Assembly (NCBI GenBank): GCA_032718475.1 | Contig: JAUCBJ010007242.1 | Coordinates: forward strand, 62,001 to 126,000 | Direction: 5' to 3' | Length of the DNA stretch: 64,000 nucleotides | DNA from: Nemertoderma westbladi | Lineage: Eukaryota > Animalia > Xenacoelomorpha | In this document: positions 36,024-47,279 of the stretch, one piece after another | Layout of the letters: every line of letters starts with the position of its first letter | Position numbering within the stretch: the first letter of the stretch is position 1 | Position numbers and translations under genes: made by a program | The notes under the pieces: generated by a model | Databases searched by the model: none | Told to the model about the DNA's origin: nothing | Seen by the model: only the letters and a program-made list of their open reading frames with translations

Positions 36024-37457
36024 TTAGTTTTGGGAAATTGAAGTCATGTCTGCATCCAGTCCACTGGACTTTCTATGAGTATTTCTTAGAGAATAAGGAA
36101 CCCAGACAATGAGTTGAATAATAGCAACAGAAGCTGGCCAGAGACAAGCCAGTGAGAACATTCCATCCTTAAGGTTAAGTACATCAGCCTCTGAACGATT
36201 TGAGCTTGAGGCATCATCATGAATAAGTGAAGTGTATTGATATCCATTGAGAATAGACATAACAAGCATAGGAGCCACACTCTGTGCCGGTTTGGTAAAT
36301 AATGCATTGACTCCAAAAACTGTAGAAGAGATAGGTGTAGAGCGATTGTGTTGCCTTTGGTCAGCATCAACTACATCAGATAGTATCAGATTGAATTGGG
36401 AGAAAGTAACATTAGTAATGACCATGTCGATTACGAAGTAGAAGGCAAGAAAGTAAAAATGAGATGGACCAATCAAGTACATGAGGGTTGACTGAGTGAG
36501 TTTGTACAGGAAAAAGAACACTATTACTCTATAAGCTCCAAAGTGTTTCACAGGAATTGTAACAGCAAGCAAAACAAAATTTGTTAAGATGTAAGGAGAA
36601 CCATAGACTAAACTACGTACAGAAGATGAAATGCTGTCCTTTGGAATCAGTTGATCTCCAAATATTGCCAGGAAATTCTTGTTATAAGTGGAATGACAAA
36701 TCTGTAGAAAGTTCATGAAAATAAACAACATGAAATTTCGATTCCTAATTAATTGACAAAACAATGTCACCATCGATTCTTTGGGTTGTTTGTTAGTTAG
36801 TTCAATATCGATTGCTGAATCACAACTGGATTTCACATTTAGTGCACAGTAGGTCAGTGACAACCATGCTAATAACGCCAGAACAACACAGACCATTTGC
36901 AAATTAACAAAATTTTTCATATGATCCGATATAGATTCGGTTGCAAACACAGTCCAACTCGTGATAAAGTTGAAGAAGACTTGACATCTCATTAGAGTCA
37001 CTCTGTCTCCATATCTGTGGCTAATTTCAGTGAATAAGGCACATTGATTGAGAAGAACAAATGTAAGCAATGTGTCCCACATGCAAAGAGCAAACATGAG
37101 ATGCAAGCCTATAACCCAAGGTTGATCAAGAATACTCTTCCATGGGAACCAAGGTATCAAAAATGAAATACACCACAAGGGGGCGCTATATAGTATAGCC
37201 TTTTGTCGCTTTCGTATCCAGCTGTGATTGGAGCGATCTTGATAATAAGCAAACAATGGATCGTTGATAGCATTCCATATCATAAACACCACCTGAGATG
37301 CATTAAACCAGACTGGGCTGACATTGTAGACATTTACAAATAGTTTCACATAATAGAAATCCCAAACATGAGTCATTAGATGGGATCCAAAACCCAGCAT
37401 ACAATAAGCAAACACATTCTTGCTTATTAAACCGGCCATACCTCCTGAAGCAGTCAT
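36024..37457 (-). CDS. MFSD13A: MFS transporter MFSD13A/TMEM180-like, copy 2 (about 477 aa, intronless CDS)
   Basis: Paralog of 27802-29241 with the same motifs. The first ATG is at 37457. Confidence 0.88.
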   Translation of the reverse strand: MTASGGMAGLISKNVFAYCMLGFGSHLMTHVWDFYYVKLFVNVYNVSPVWFNASQVVFMIWNAINDPLFAYYQDRSNHSWIRKRQKAILYSAPLWCISFLIPWFPWKSILDQPWVIGLHLMFALCMWDTLLTFVLLNQCALFTEISHRYGDRVTLMRCQVFFNFITSWTVFATESISDHMKNFVNLQMVCVVLALLAWLSLTYCALNVKSSCDSAIDIELTNKQPKESMVTLFCQLIRNRNFMLFIFMNFLQICHSTYNKNFLAIFGDQLIPKDSISSSVRSLVYGSPYILTNFVLLAVTIPVKHFGAYRVIVFFFLYKLTQSTLMYLIGPSHFYFLAFYFVIDMVITNVTFSQFNLILSDVVDADQRQHNRSTPISSTVFGVNALFTKPAQSVAPMLVMSILNGYQYTSLIHDDASSSNRSEADVLNLKDGMFSLACLWPASVAIIQLIVWVPYSLRNTHRKSSGLDADMTSISQN

Positions 37458-37734
37458 ATTATACTCTTGATATTGCAAGCTGGCATGCGTATCAGAACGC
37501 ACCAATAGCTCAGTCAATCATCATTTATGTATCAATGGATATATAGATTGTAATACTATACTAATGCTATACTAAGGCTATCCTTTTGTTGTACAGTACA
37601 GTATTTTAAAATTACTAAAGCTAACTTTCTGATATATTAATAACTATTTATCTTACAAAGGTATGGAAGCCCTGAGTGGCCCATCTGTTATACATTCATG
37701 AACAAGTGGTGTGGCGCGAATTTGGAATTTGTGT

Positions 37735-38025
37735 GCTTATGTACAACATGGGTGTATGTGTGCATGAAATGAGTACATCTGCGCTTGACATGAGTATATG
37801 TAGGCATATGCACAACATTGAGCATATGTGTGCGCGACATGTATATGTGTGCACAACATAAGTAAGTATATGTATGCACGACATGAGCATATGTGTGCGC
37901 AACATGTATATGTGTGCACAACATAAGTATATGTGTGCACGACATATGTGTGCACGACATGAGCATATGTATGAGCGACATAACTATATCTGTGCCCGAC
38001 ATGAGTATATGTATGCACGACATGA
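37735..38025. repeat. Degenerate minisatellite, about 20-bp unit (ACATGAGCATATGTGTGCACG-like)
   Basis: Directly visible. It generates several spurious His/Thr/Cys-rich ORFs. Confidence 0.85.
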
Positions 38026-38289
38026 AATGTAGACTTGATGGAGGGAAATTTAAAAAAGCATAATTCAAATACAGTTGCTGTGTACTGGTACCATTAGCTT
38101 ACTTACCGACCTAGCTGTAATGATAAGATAGAGTAACGATTCCGACTCAATTGAAAGCTTCACGATGAATACAGTGTGGCTCGGTCGAACATAAACATTG
38201 CAGATGGAACATGGAGTAAAAGTAAACCCAATAAAAGTCACTGAGTCCAAATAAACCCGGAATGGAAGACTTAGTGGCTAGATATTCTC

Positions 38290-39003
38290 ACATTCTTTTA
38301 AATCTGCAGTTAAATCTCACCTCCGTGTGCAATGTAAAAATAGGTCCAAAGAGGACGGTGCAGGGTTGCCAGTAGGCTGGGTGCAGTAATTGAAGCAAAC
38401 AAGCCTTCCCCGACCTGTCGGTTAGGCCTACCAACTACTGTACTATTTTTGTTTTTAAATTTCCGACTAAAACATCCATTGCTAAGCAACAGATTAAATA
38501 CTCTTCTGGTGGTGGGAAATGTTTGTTTAGTATTTTACCGATATGTATGTATATTAATTATCTTAAAATCATTATTATTGTAATTATTAATTACTAGCTA
38601 TTTTAAATTTAAAAAATAGGTCCAATAGTCCTACAATAAGTTATTAGTTTCTTAATTAATTGTTTACTATTTATACTATAATTACGTTTTATAAATTATA
38701 CTGTGCATAGCTACATATCTATCATTGTGTCAGTCGGAATATTGTCTCGCTCTCTGTAAAGTTGTACGTAGTGTAATTACATTTAATATTTGCTTTAGGT
38801 TAGCGTAATAATTGGGAAAGTGTAATCTAGTTTGTTACCAAGTAACATAAAGACCCCTCCTTGGAAATAAGCTGCAAAGATTTAGGGGTAATCCTATATG
38901 TTATGTTGGACAATACCTATACATTGTTTGGGTATTTGTTATTGTTTTTACATAATGCTGTAATGTGTAAATAAATAAATCTATATATCTATCCATATCT
39001 ATC
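38290..39003 (+). mobile_element. CR1-group (Crack/L2-like) LINE 3' end and 3' UTR, interrupted at about 38350-38608
   Basis: HSFKSAVKSHLRVQCKNR codons, GACC...TGGAAATAAG 3' motif, AATAAA and an (ATCT)n-like tail. It is homologous to 47280-50085. Confidence 0.75.
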
Positions 39004-39740
39004 GTATTCTATTCACGTACTATTTATTAATTTGGTTTAATTAATGTGTGATATACATTTAATCTTTGAAGGTAATATGTTGACATATTGTATCTATCTA
39101 TCTATTGTCATATATTTGTTTGCAAATAAATAGACGGTACAAGTAATTAAAGGTATGCAATGTGATGTATTCAATATTATAAGAGCGCTTATGTATTTAA
39201 CTAATGGAATCAGCAGTATCTAGCTAGTGTGAGTAGAACTGCCTTATTATTTGGTCGATAAAAAAAATATAATAGGCACTAAATTAGCTGTATATATAGA
39301 TGCCTGTTAAGCAGAAGCACTGATCCCACTCACCGCCATATTGGTTTGTTTTGTAATGAGATTTTCTCTACAGCTCTATGCAACAGGAAAAACAAATTGA
39401 AAATTAAAATTTTGACCTTAAATTTCATATAATACTGTACTGTAATTATGGCTGTAAAATCGTCCAACGTTTATGTTTGCATTTCGGTTTACCACCGCAA
39501 GCTTTACCACATTCTGACATTGCCGAGGCAAATAAGAGAAGATTAAAAGAAAATATTAAACTGTAGGCCGTAGGGCCTATCATTTTTTGTTACAGTATTT
39601 AATTTCGCTAAATTGTGTTTTAGAATAGCATATACCATACCACTGCTGCACTGTGACTGTAACCTGCTCCTTTCCCTGAATAATAAACAATGATGATTCG
39701 ACATTTGTTGGTTTGTGACCACCCCCCCCCCCCCCTCCCT

Positions 39741-40245
39741 GTATGGAATCCATCCAAAACCGGATAGCGCCGGATAGCGCGCCAACCAATTTTTATGCGC
39801 GCCCACCGTAAAAATATGTCGTAAAAATACCGCGCCGCGCGCTGATGCAATTTCGAAGAAACCCTGCGCCAACGAAATTTTTAAGCGCGCCGCACATTGA
39901 AACAATTTTGAAGAGCGCCGCGCCAATGCAATTTAAATTTTGAAGGAGTGGAACCAGTCTGCCAATGTCAGTACTGCTGTACATGTTCCTGTTCAGCAGT
40001 AACCATACAACAGAAAAAAGAAAGGCGAGCGAAGTGAGCCGAAATTTTTTAACAGCTAATAATTCCATTTTTAAGGCACTTCCGTAATTGTTAAACCAAC
40101 AAATTGGCGCCAGCTTTTATGTTTGGGAGCGCCTCGCGCCAAAGCCGGCGCACTTTACGATTTTCGAGCGCGTCATGCGCCACATTGGCGCGCTTTTATT
40201 GTAAAGTGCGCCAGATTAATCCGGCGCAAAGTGTATGGATTCCCA
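39741..40245. mobile_element. Probable non-autonomous DNA transposon with GCGC-rich subterminal motifs
   Basis: GGAATCCAT and ATGGATTCC inverted ends with many GCGCC/GGCGC motifs in opposite orientation. No TSD was resolved. Confidence 0.45.
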
Positions 40246-41770
40246 GTCTGCCCCCCCCCCTCCTGCCTCAGACTGTCAGAAATAGGGCTCGATCGGAGCT
40301 CCGGCCTCCGGCTCCAGCCATTTTGGCACCTCCGGCTCCTGCTCCGGCTCCGGTAAAAATATTGCCGGAGTTAATTTTTTAATAAAGTATTATATTTCGT
40401 GCATATTCTAATCTGAACAATTATTTACACTATAAGTACTGTAGTACAGCTTCAATATCTGAATATCAAGCATAATACTGCAGTATTTACTTAAAGTCAA
40501 TGACTGACTGACTGTACTGCAGTACTGGCACTGGCCAGCTGGCTGACGGTACAGTGTACAATCATAGCTGTCATGCCAGCATACTGTACTGCAGTACTGG
40601 CTGACTGGTGCACGTACGGTAGGCTACCTACAGTACACACCTCTATGACAGTTAGTGAGTTAGGTACTGTAGGTAATTTTTAGCCGTCAGCGTCAGGCCG
40701 TCTGTCCGTGATAAATTAATTACTTAAATATTAAATTGAACATTCGTAAATCTATAAATTATGAAATTAATTAGACCTACAGTATGATTGATTATGAGCG
40801 ATTGGCGAACAATTGACGAACTTTTAGCTTTTAGCATATTGTTTAGTTCACAATTTACATTCATGTTATGTCTAACCTTACAGCCTTATGTACCCAGGAC
40901 TTTATAGTGTCTTTAGGACTAGATTAGATTATCCTCGAACAAATATTTAATTACAAATTATATTTGGTGGATACTGGTAGCAATGCCAGGTTAGCCAACT
41001 GCAGCTGCTGCTAAGGCTAACTACAGTACAAGCTACGATTTCGTCTAAGGCTATGGGAGCCCTATCAGAAAGAAATACTACAAGTTGATGCTACCACCAT
41101 CTCTTCTAATTTTTCCATACAACAGGAAGGGTATTATAAAACAGCTGGATAACAGGATAATGAAATGGGATTAGTAACTGATTAACGCGTTGCCTATATG
41201 GAATACTGACAAAAAGCGCGCCACACGCGTTCTGGTTAAACGAAAATCGCGCCAGCCATGATATCTAATGCGCGCCAAGCCAACAATTGACTATGAAAAA
41301 TTTTGCAGTAATTCTGTAATTGCTTAATTGTAATAATTTATCAGTTTATAATGCTGTAGCCCTACAGTATTTTAACATTAAAATGCGAGCGTAGCGAGCA
41401 AGGAAATTTTCCAATTATGTTAACATATACAGTCCCAATCCCAATAAACATTAACTTGGTCGTTTTGGCGGCCAAAATAACCAAAATCACCAAAAAAATG
41501 TAGTGTATTCCTATGGGCTACTTGGTCGTTTTGGCGAAGCGATTTAACTCGAATCAGCTCAATCCAGACAGTCTGTCTCCTTGGCCATCCATTTGGTGGA
41601 TCTGACTAAATGTCGGCTCGCTTTCATTTTTATTATTGACAGATTGTTAGCTTACCCGGCGCTGAGCCTTGCAGTACTGGAGTCCACCCACTGAGGCATT
41701 GATAGAGTACACAGTCTTATAATAGGAGTTGAATGGGGCTTCGTTAAAGGAGGAGTATGCATAATAATCT

Positions 41771-41945
41771 GAACGTCCCGAAATTAATTTATGGACGTCT
41801 CGAAATTAATTTATGGACGTCTCGAAATTAATTTATGGACGTCCCAAAATTAACTATATGGACGTCCCGAAATTAACTTATGGACGTCCCGAAATTAACT
41901 TATGGACGTCCCGAAATTAATTTATGGACGTCCCGAAATTAATCT
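41771..41945. repeat. 22-bp tandem repeat, 8 copies (GGACGTCCCGAAATTAATTTAT), with inverted copies at about 41984-42030
   Basis: Directly visible; there are no unique spacers. Confidence 0.9.
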
Positions 41946-42101
41946 ATCAACCAATCAGAATCGTAATGAAATAACTAATTAATGGACGTCCATAAATTAA
42001 TTTCGGGATGTTAATTTCGGAAATTAATTTCAATAATATTTTTTTTACAATAAAAATTTTTTTAAATATTTTTTTACAATGTATAATTCGCGGACACTGC
42101 G

Positions 42102-42505
42102 GGGTGACTATAAAACAAAGACCCAATTATATAAAGACCTGCATAATCTTGTTACATGTGTTAACTTTCATTAATTGTTTTGAATCCCCCGTCACGCCTC
42201 TGTAACTTGCTCCTTTACTAACCTGCTCCTTTAAATAGCAATGGTACATAACGCTCATTGTGACCTGTACAAAACAAAAAGGTAAAGTCGCGTTACGTCC
42301 CAAAGAGCGTTAGGTTCCAAAGAGCTTTAGGTCCCATTGCCAGAGAGCGTGAGGTCACATTGCCATTTAAAGGAGCAGGTTAGTAAAGAAGCAGGTTACA
42401 GAGGCGTGTTGGGGAACCAAAACAATAAAAGAGAGTTAACACGTGTGTTTTGTATTTGTACAGGTCTTTATTATTTGGGTCGTTGGTCTTTGTTTTGTAG
42501 TCACC
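42102..42505. mobile_element. Mutator-like foldback MITE with a 9-bp TSD
   Basis: Imperfect TIRs of about 140 bp (GGGTGACTA.AAAACAA...GTTTTGTAGTCACCC). TSD GACACTGCG at 42093-42101 and 42506-42514. Confidence 0.85.
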
Positions 42506-43954
42506 CGACACTGCGGTGTTGCGTGGGGGCCACCAATCCACCCACCCACATTCAACTCCCAACTTCCTGGACACTAGGATACTGAGTGAAAGCGTCTGAA
42601 ACTACTACAGGAACTCCATGACATACTATGGGCTAGCGACTAGGGATTGGCGCCCTTGAACATATAAACTGTAGTACCTACTGTACCACCTACCTTAAAG
42701 TGACCTGTGGGACCAGCCCATTATTAGTGAGGTCGGCATTTCTCTTTATCCTGCCGCTCTCTTTGTATTACAATAGCATACAGCTAACCAATGGCAATGG
42801 TCTACCCCCAGTGCGGGAAAGACAAGATGGCTACCATTGAAATGAATAGGGGAAGGATAATATGGTGTGTTCGTGTTCCCATCCTAATGTCTGTCGTCTT
42901 GGCTCAGTTAAGCTTAAACAGAGCCACAGCACAGCCTACAATAGAGCTTTACCTAAATACACTTCCAGTGAGCCAAGCAGTAGTGGCGGGTTAGCTCCAA
43001 AATGCCCATGTAGGATTTCTTCGAAAAAGGACCAATTGGTTGAGTTACGAGTTACAGTGAAAAAGTATTCATGATTAGATTTTGCTTTGAACAGGAGAAA
43101 CAGATGGAATATATAGGTCATCTAATTAATTGTTTAAAGATTAGCAAAGAATACAGTGTAATTGAATTGATGAAATCCATAAATAAAACGTGGATACAAA
43201 ATGTAAAATCGGGATGCAAAATATACATTTCTGAGCTAAGAAAGGGAAATTGGATACTGTACAACTTGTCTGGATACAAGCGGTCCGTTTACCTTACAAA
43301 ATGAAAAATAAACGTGCGAAATATAAAACAGTAGTAGTGTCCTACTCGAACGGAACGGAACTGTCCGGGGGGGGGGGGGGGGGGGGGGGGAATGTCCGAA
43401 AATCGAAGCCTTTTTCTATCTGCCAACATCCTGGGCTTTACTTACACTCAGCCTCTATTCACTGGCTGTGATTGACAAGCCAACTTGCCTCAGAAGTTCC
43501 TTTCATGAATGCCGCAATTTATATTTGGCCATTTTGGTCGTTTTGGCCGCCAAAATGACCAAGTTAATGTTTATTGGGATTGGGACTGTATACAGTCTGA
43601 CAGTAATAGTCAGATCAGCAGATAGTGCTGTAGTTGTAGTAGTAGTAGGTCAACGTCAACTGACTGTTTTTAAATGCAGATGTGATCAAGATGCGAGCGT
43701 AGCGAGCACGAAAATTTTAACATTTCAGCATTTAAAGTAGGCAAACCGGCTGTTTTCAAATGCAGAAGTCATTAAATTGCGAGCGTAGCGAGCATGGAAA
43801 TTCTTCTGAATCATGCAGGCTGCCATGGTCTTATTGGTTTGAAGAATCTGACAATTGAAAAAACTTTTGAAACAAGTCATGTTTTTAATGGTCATGCTCA
43901 ATCTGTCCGTTTCCGTTTCCATTTGTCCACAGCCAGACTGCCAGACAGTGCTAA

Positions 43955-44630
43955 CTGCTAAGAGTAGGCTTACAGTATAAACTGATAAACGCGAGCGAAG
44001 CGAGCGGACATTTTTCAATCTTTTTAAACCTGTGGAATAATTTCAAATAGAGCTGTAGCAGTGTAGAGTGGGATGTGTTGCCAGTGCACTGCTACGCTAC
44101 CTCCTACTGTCCAAACCTAACTGCCTAACCCTACATCCATATTCGCGCCAGGACCGCCAGGATCCTCAATGCGCGCCACACGCCCCTGTCACTATGCGCC
44201 AGGATCCTTAATCCGCGCCACACGCCCCTGTCACTACGCGCCAGGATCCTTAATCCGCGCCACACATGTTGAGCAAACTCTACATAAATTCCAACCTGGT
44301 CCACATCCAGACACTGCTAAGAGTAGGCTTAGGTCTACTCTCTACAGTATAAACGCGAACGAAGCGAGCGGGCATTTTTCAATCTTTTTAAACCTATGGA
44401 ATAATTTCAAATAGAGCTGTAGAGTGGGATATGTTGCCAGTGCAGCAGTGCACTGCTACCGGTACGCTACATCCTACTGTCCTACCGTACAGCCATACCC
44501 TACAGCCCTAACCCTACGCCTACATCCATATTCGCGCCAGGACCGCCAGGATCCTCAATGCGCGCCAGGATCCTCAATGCGCGCCACACGCCCCTGTCAG
44601 CTGTCACTATGCGCCAGGATCCTTAATCCG
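43955..44630. repeat. Tandem duplication of about 350 bp (43955-44300 and 44313-44630, resuming at 45196-45245) with internal repeats of about 42 bp
   Basis: ACTGCTAAGAGTAGGCTTA...TACATCCATATTCGCGCCAGGACC...GAGCAAACTCTACATAAATTCCAACCTGG is present twice. Confidence 0.85.
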
Positions 44631-45195
44631 GGGTCCGTCTAAAAGCCACATCGGACCCAATCGGTACCACATCGGACCACATCGGGGCCACATCGGACCT
44701 AATGGGTACGACATCGGACCCAATCGGTACCACATCGGACCCAATCGGAACCACATCGGACCCAATTGGTACCACATCGGACCAAATCGGTACCACATCG
44801 GGCCCAATCGGTACCACATCGGACCAAATCGGTACCACATCGGTCCTAATGGGTACCACATCGGACCCAATCGGTACCACATCGGACCCAAACGGTACCT
44901 CATCGGAACCAATCGGTACCACATCGGACCCAATCGGTACCACATCGGTACCACATCGGCCCAATCGGTACCACATCGGACCCAATCGGTACCACACCGT
45001 TCTCAAAAAGGTTCCAAGCCAGACTCAAAAGGTACCAGCCCGGACCAAAGCTACTGGTCGCAATCAGCACCGATGTGGCTCCGATGTGGCCCCGATGTCA
45101 GGATGTGGTCCGATGTGGCCCCGATGTGGTCCGATGTGGTCCGATTTGGTCCAATGTGGTACCGATTTGGTCCGATGTGGCTTTTAGACGGACCC
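44631..45195. mobile_element. MITE with an 8-9-bp TSD and an internal 21-bp tandem array (probably Mutator-like)
   Basis: TIRs GGGTCCGTCTAAAAGCCACATCGGACC and GGTCCGATGTGGCTTTTAGACGGACCC; TSD (C)TTAATCCG; about 17 copies of CCACATCGGACCCAATCGGTA. The empty site is preserved at about 44245-44270. Confidence 0.88.
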
Positions 45196-45743
45196 TTAAT
45201 CCGCGCCACACATGTTGAGCAAACTCTACATAAATTCCAACCTGGGGCTATATGTGTACGCCTCTATCTGCAACTTTATTTCTCCCTCTGCAATTTCGCG
45301 GGCTTGGGACCGTTTTTTGTGTTTTTTGAACACAAAAAGCTGCATTAAAACACAGCTAGATCAGCCCCCGCTCAATGCATGGCTCGCCCCACAATCAGAC
45401 AATGCTTTGTTTTATTTTGCACATCATGTGCGCCCCCCTAAACGATTTTAACTACACTTGGATACACGTTTTGCAAGCGTTTCTCAATCGTTTGTACTCT
45501 TTTGTGCTATTTTTGCACTGTTTTGTACTATTTTTGCACATTATTGTACCGGTACTTTTTTGTATTCTTTTGTACTATATTGTACTATTTCTGCTATTTT
45601 GTATTTTTTTGTACAAATTCGTCGGACCCCAGGCTGCCAGGCAGTCAGGTGTAAGGAAAATGGAACATAAACCAGTAAACATAACCCCTAAGCCTACACT
45701 TAAAAACTCTGCATTAGCTACCAGTTCAGTTCGCTGCAGAATA

Positions 45744-46165
45744 CAGTTAGGAACACTGGTCACTTTCTGGCTGAAGCTCAGCCAAAAATTGTCCACATAT
45801 TTACAGCCAGAAAGTGTCCGTGCAGCCACTATTTGTCCTTCACAGGCTGCGATTATATTTCCGGACATATTTTGGCTGTAACTCCACTAGTAGTCAAAGC
45901 AGAAGCTGGGCACATTTTTATTTTTAATATTATGATAGTTATCCCAATGACTGAATGATGAGATTCTAATACTCAAATTAATTTATACATAATTTTATGG
46001 CGATTCTAATGGCATAATTTTTAGAATGCCAATGTTAAAATTTCACTGCCGGTTTTCAAATGAAATTTAGCATTGTTTTCTATGGAGAAATTTCACTCTG
46101 GGAGCGTTTTCCGCGGACACATTCTGGCTGTAAATTGGACATATTGTGACCAGTGTTCTTGACTG
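45744..46165. mobile_element. MITE with CAGT termini and an apparent 5-bp TSD (GAATA)
   Basis: CAGTTAGGAACACTGGTCAC and GTGACCAGTGTTCTTGACTG, with GAATA at 45739-45743 and 46166-46170. An empty-site paralog lies at 46200-46225. Confidence 0.75.
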
Positions 46166-47279
46166 GAATAGAATACAAAATACCAGTTCAGTCAGTCAGT
46201 TCGCTGCAGAATAGAATACAAAATAGCCATGTTCTGATGTTGGGCGTTGGTTGGCCTAGTCAGACAGTACAAATCTGCAAATGGAAGTTCACTCACACTC
46301 ACGTACCTTCTGACCTGTGACCTTAGCGCAGTACAGCAGTAGCGAACTTCTCGCACCATAGGCTATACTGCTATACAAGAAAACGTGAGTTGAGCTCGAG
46401 TGAATGTCTGATGTCAGAACGTGGTCTGCTCTGTCAGTCTGTATCATCTCGATTCTCGAGCAATAGGCAGATAGGCTACAGCAGTACAGGCAGACAGGGC
46501 TACGGCAGTACGGGAAACATTACCTCGGCTTCGTCTGCAGCTCCCTGGCCTGGCTCCACGTATGACTTATCAGCTTATACTGGCAACTGGCACTGGCAGA
46601 CTGCTGGACTGATAGGCCTATATCAGTATATGGGAGTATGGACAGATGGATGGACATATAATAATATATGCCTAATAATATTATATTAATATAATAAAAT
46701 AAATAATAATATAATAAAGGTTAAAAACTCACTATTTGGGTTGGGGTTGGGCCTGGCACCTGGGATATCTGGATATTGGCCAGATACAGACAGCTGGACA
46801 GACAAAGTACAGAAGTAAAGTCTATATCTGTGATCTGTATACAGGTATACAGCAGTACTGCAGTAAGCCTACCTCTGTACACTGTACTTGCCTACAGTAT
46901 ATGAAATCAACTGAAAAATATTGACATAGGCCTACAGGCCTACCTGCCTACGACTGGTATTACTGTATTACAGTATTAATGCTGTACAATACTGCAATGT
47001 TACTTGTACAGTACATGCTGTAAGCTGTACATGTAACATAACCTGACGGGGAGCACGCGCTTAACGACCATGCCCGGGGGGGGGGGGGGGGGGGCATATT
47101 TTATACGGGAGCAATTTTGACTGGGACACCGACACACCTCTCACACCCGACACACCGTTACCATTCATATATATGTTTTATTGACCAATTACTATGTTTG
47201 ATAAATTCAATATAGATAATTAACACCAAACGCATTAGTCCAAATTAAACAACTAGTAGGTAATTAATAGTATCTCTTA

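Larger units (their letters stand above)
41430..43588. mobile_element. Non-autonomous Tc1/mariner-type element (TA TSD, TIRs of about 58 bp) containing nested insertions
   Basis: TA|CAGTCCCAATCCCAATAAACATTAACTTGGTC...GACCAAGTTAATGTTTATTGGGATTGGGACTG|TA. Confidence 0.8.

Noticed and set aside
37676-38068. His/Cys/Met-rich ORFs
   Set aside because: They are translations of a minisatellite.
41771-41945. Regular 22-bp repeats resembling CRISPR repeats or iterons
   Set aside because: The repeats are head-to-tail with no spacers and lie inside a non-autonomous transposon.
43071-43304. Possible PHD/CW-finger remnant (TWIQ...GC...GNW.YCTTC across frames)
   Set aside because: It requires two assumed frameshifts and lacks the central His/Cys ligands, so the evidence is too weak.
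44607-45348. Heptapeptide-repeat ORFs (MWYRLGP, SDVVPIG, GTTSDPI)
   Set aside because: They are products of the 21-bp array within a TIR/TSD-bounded MITE.
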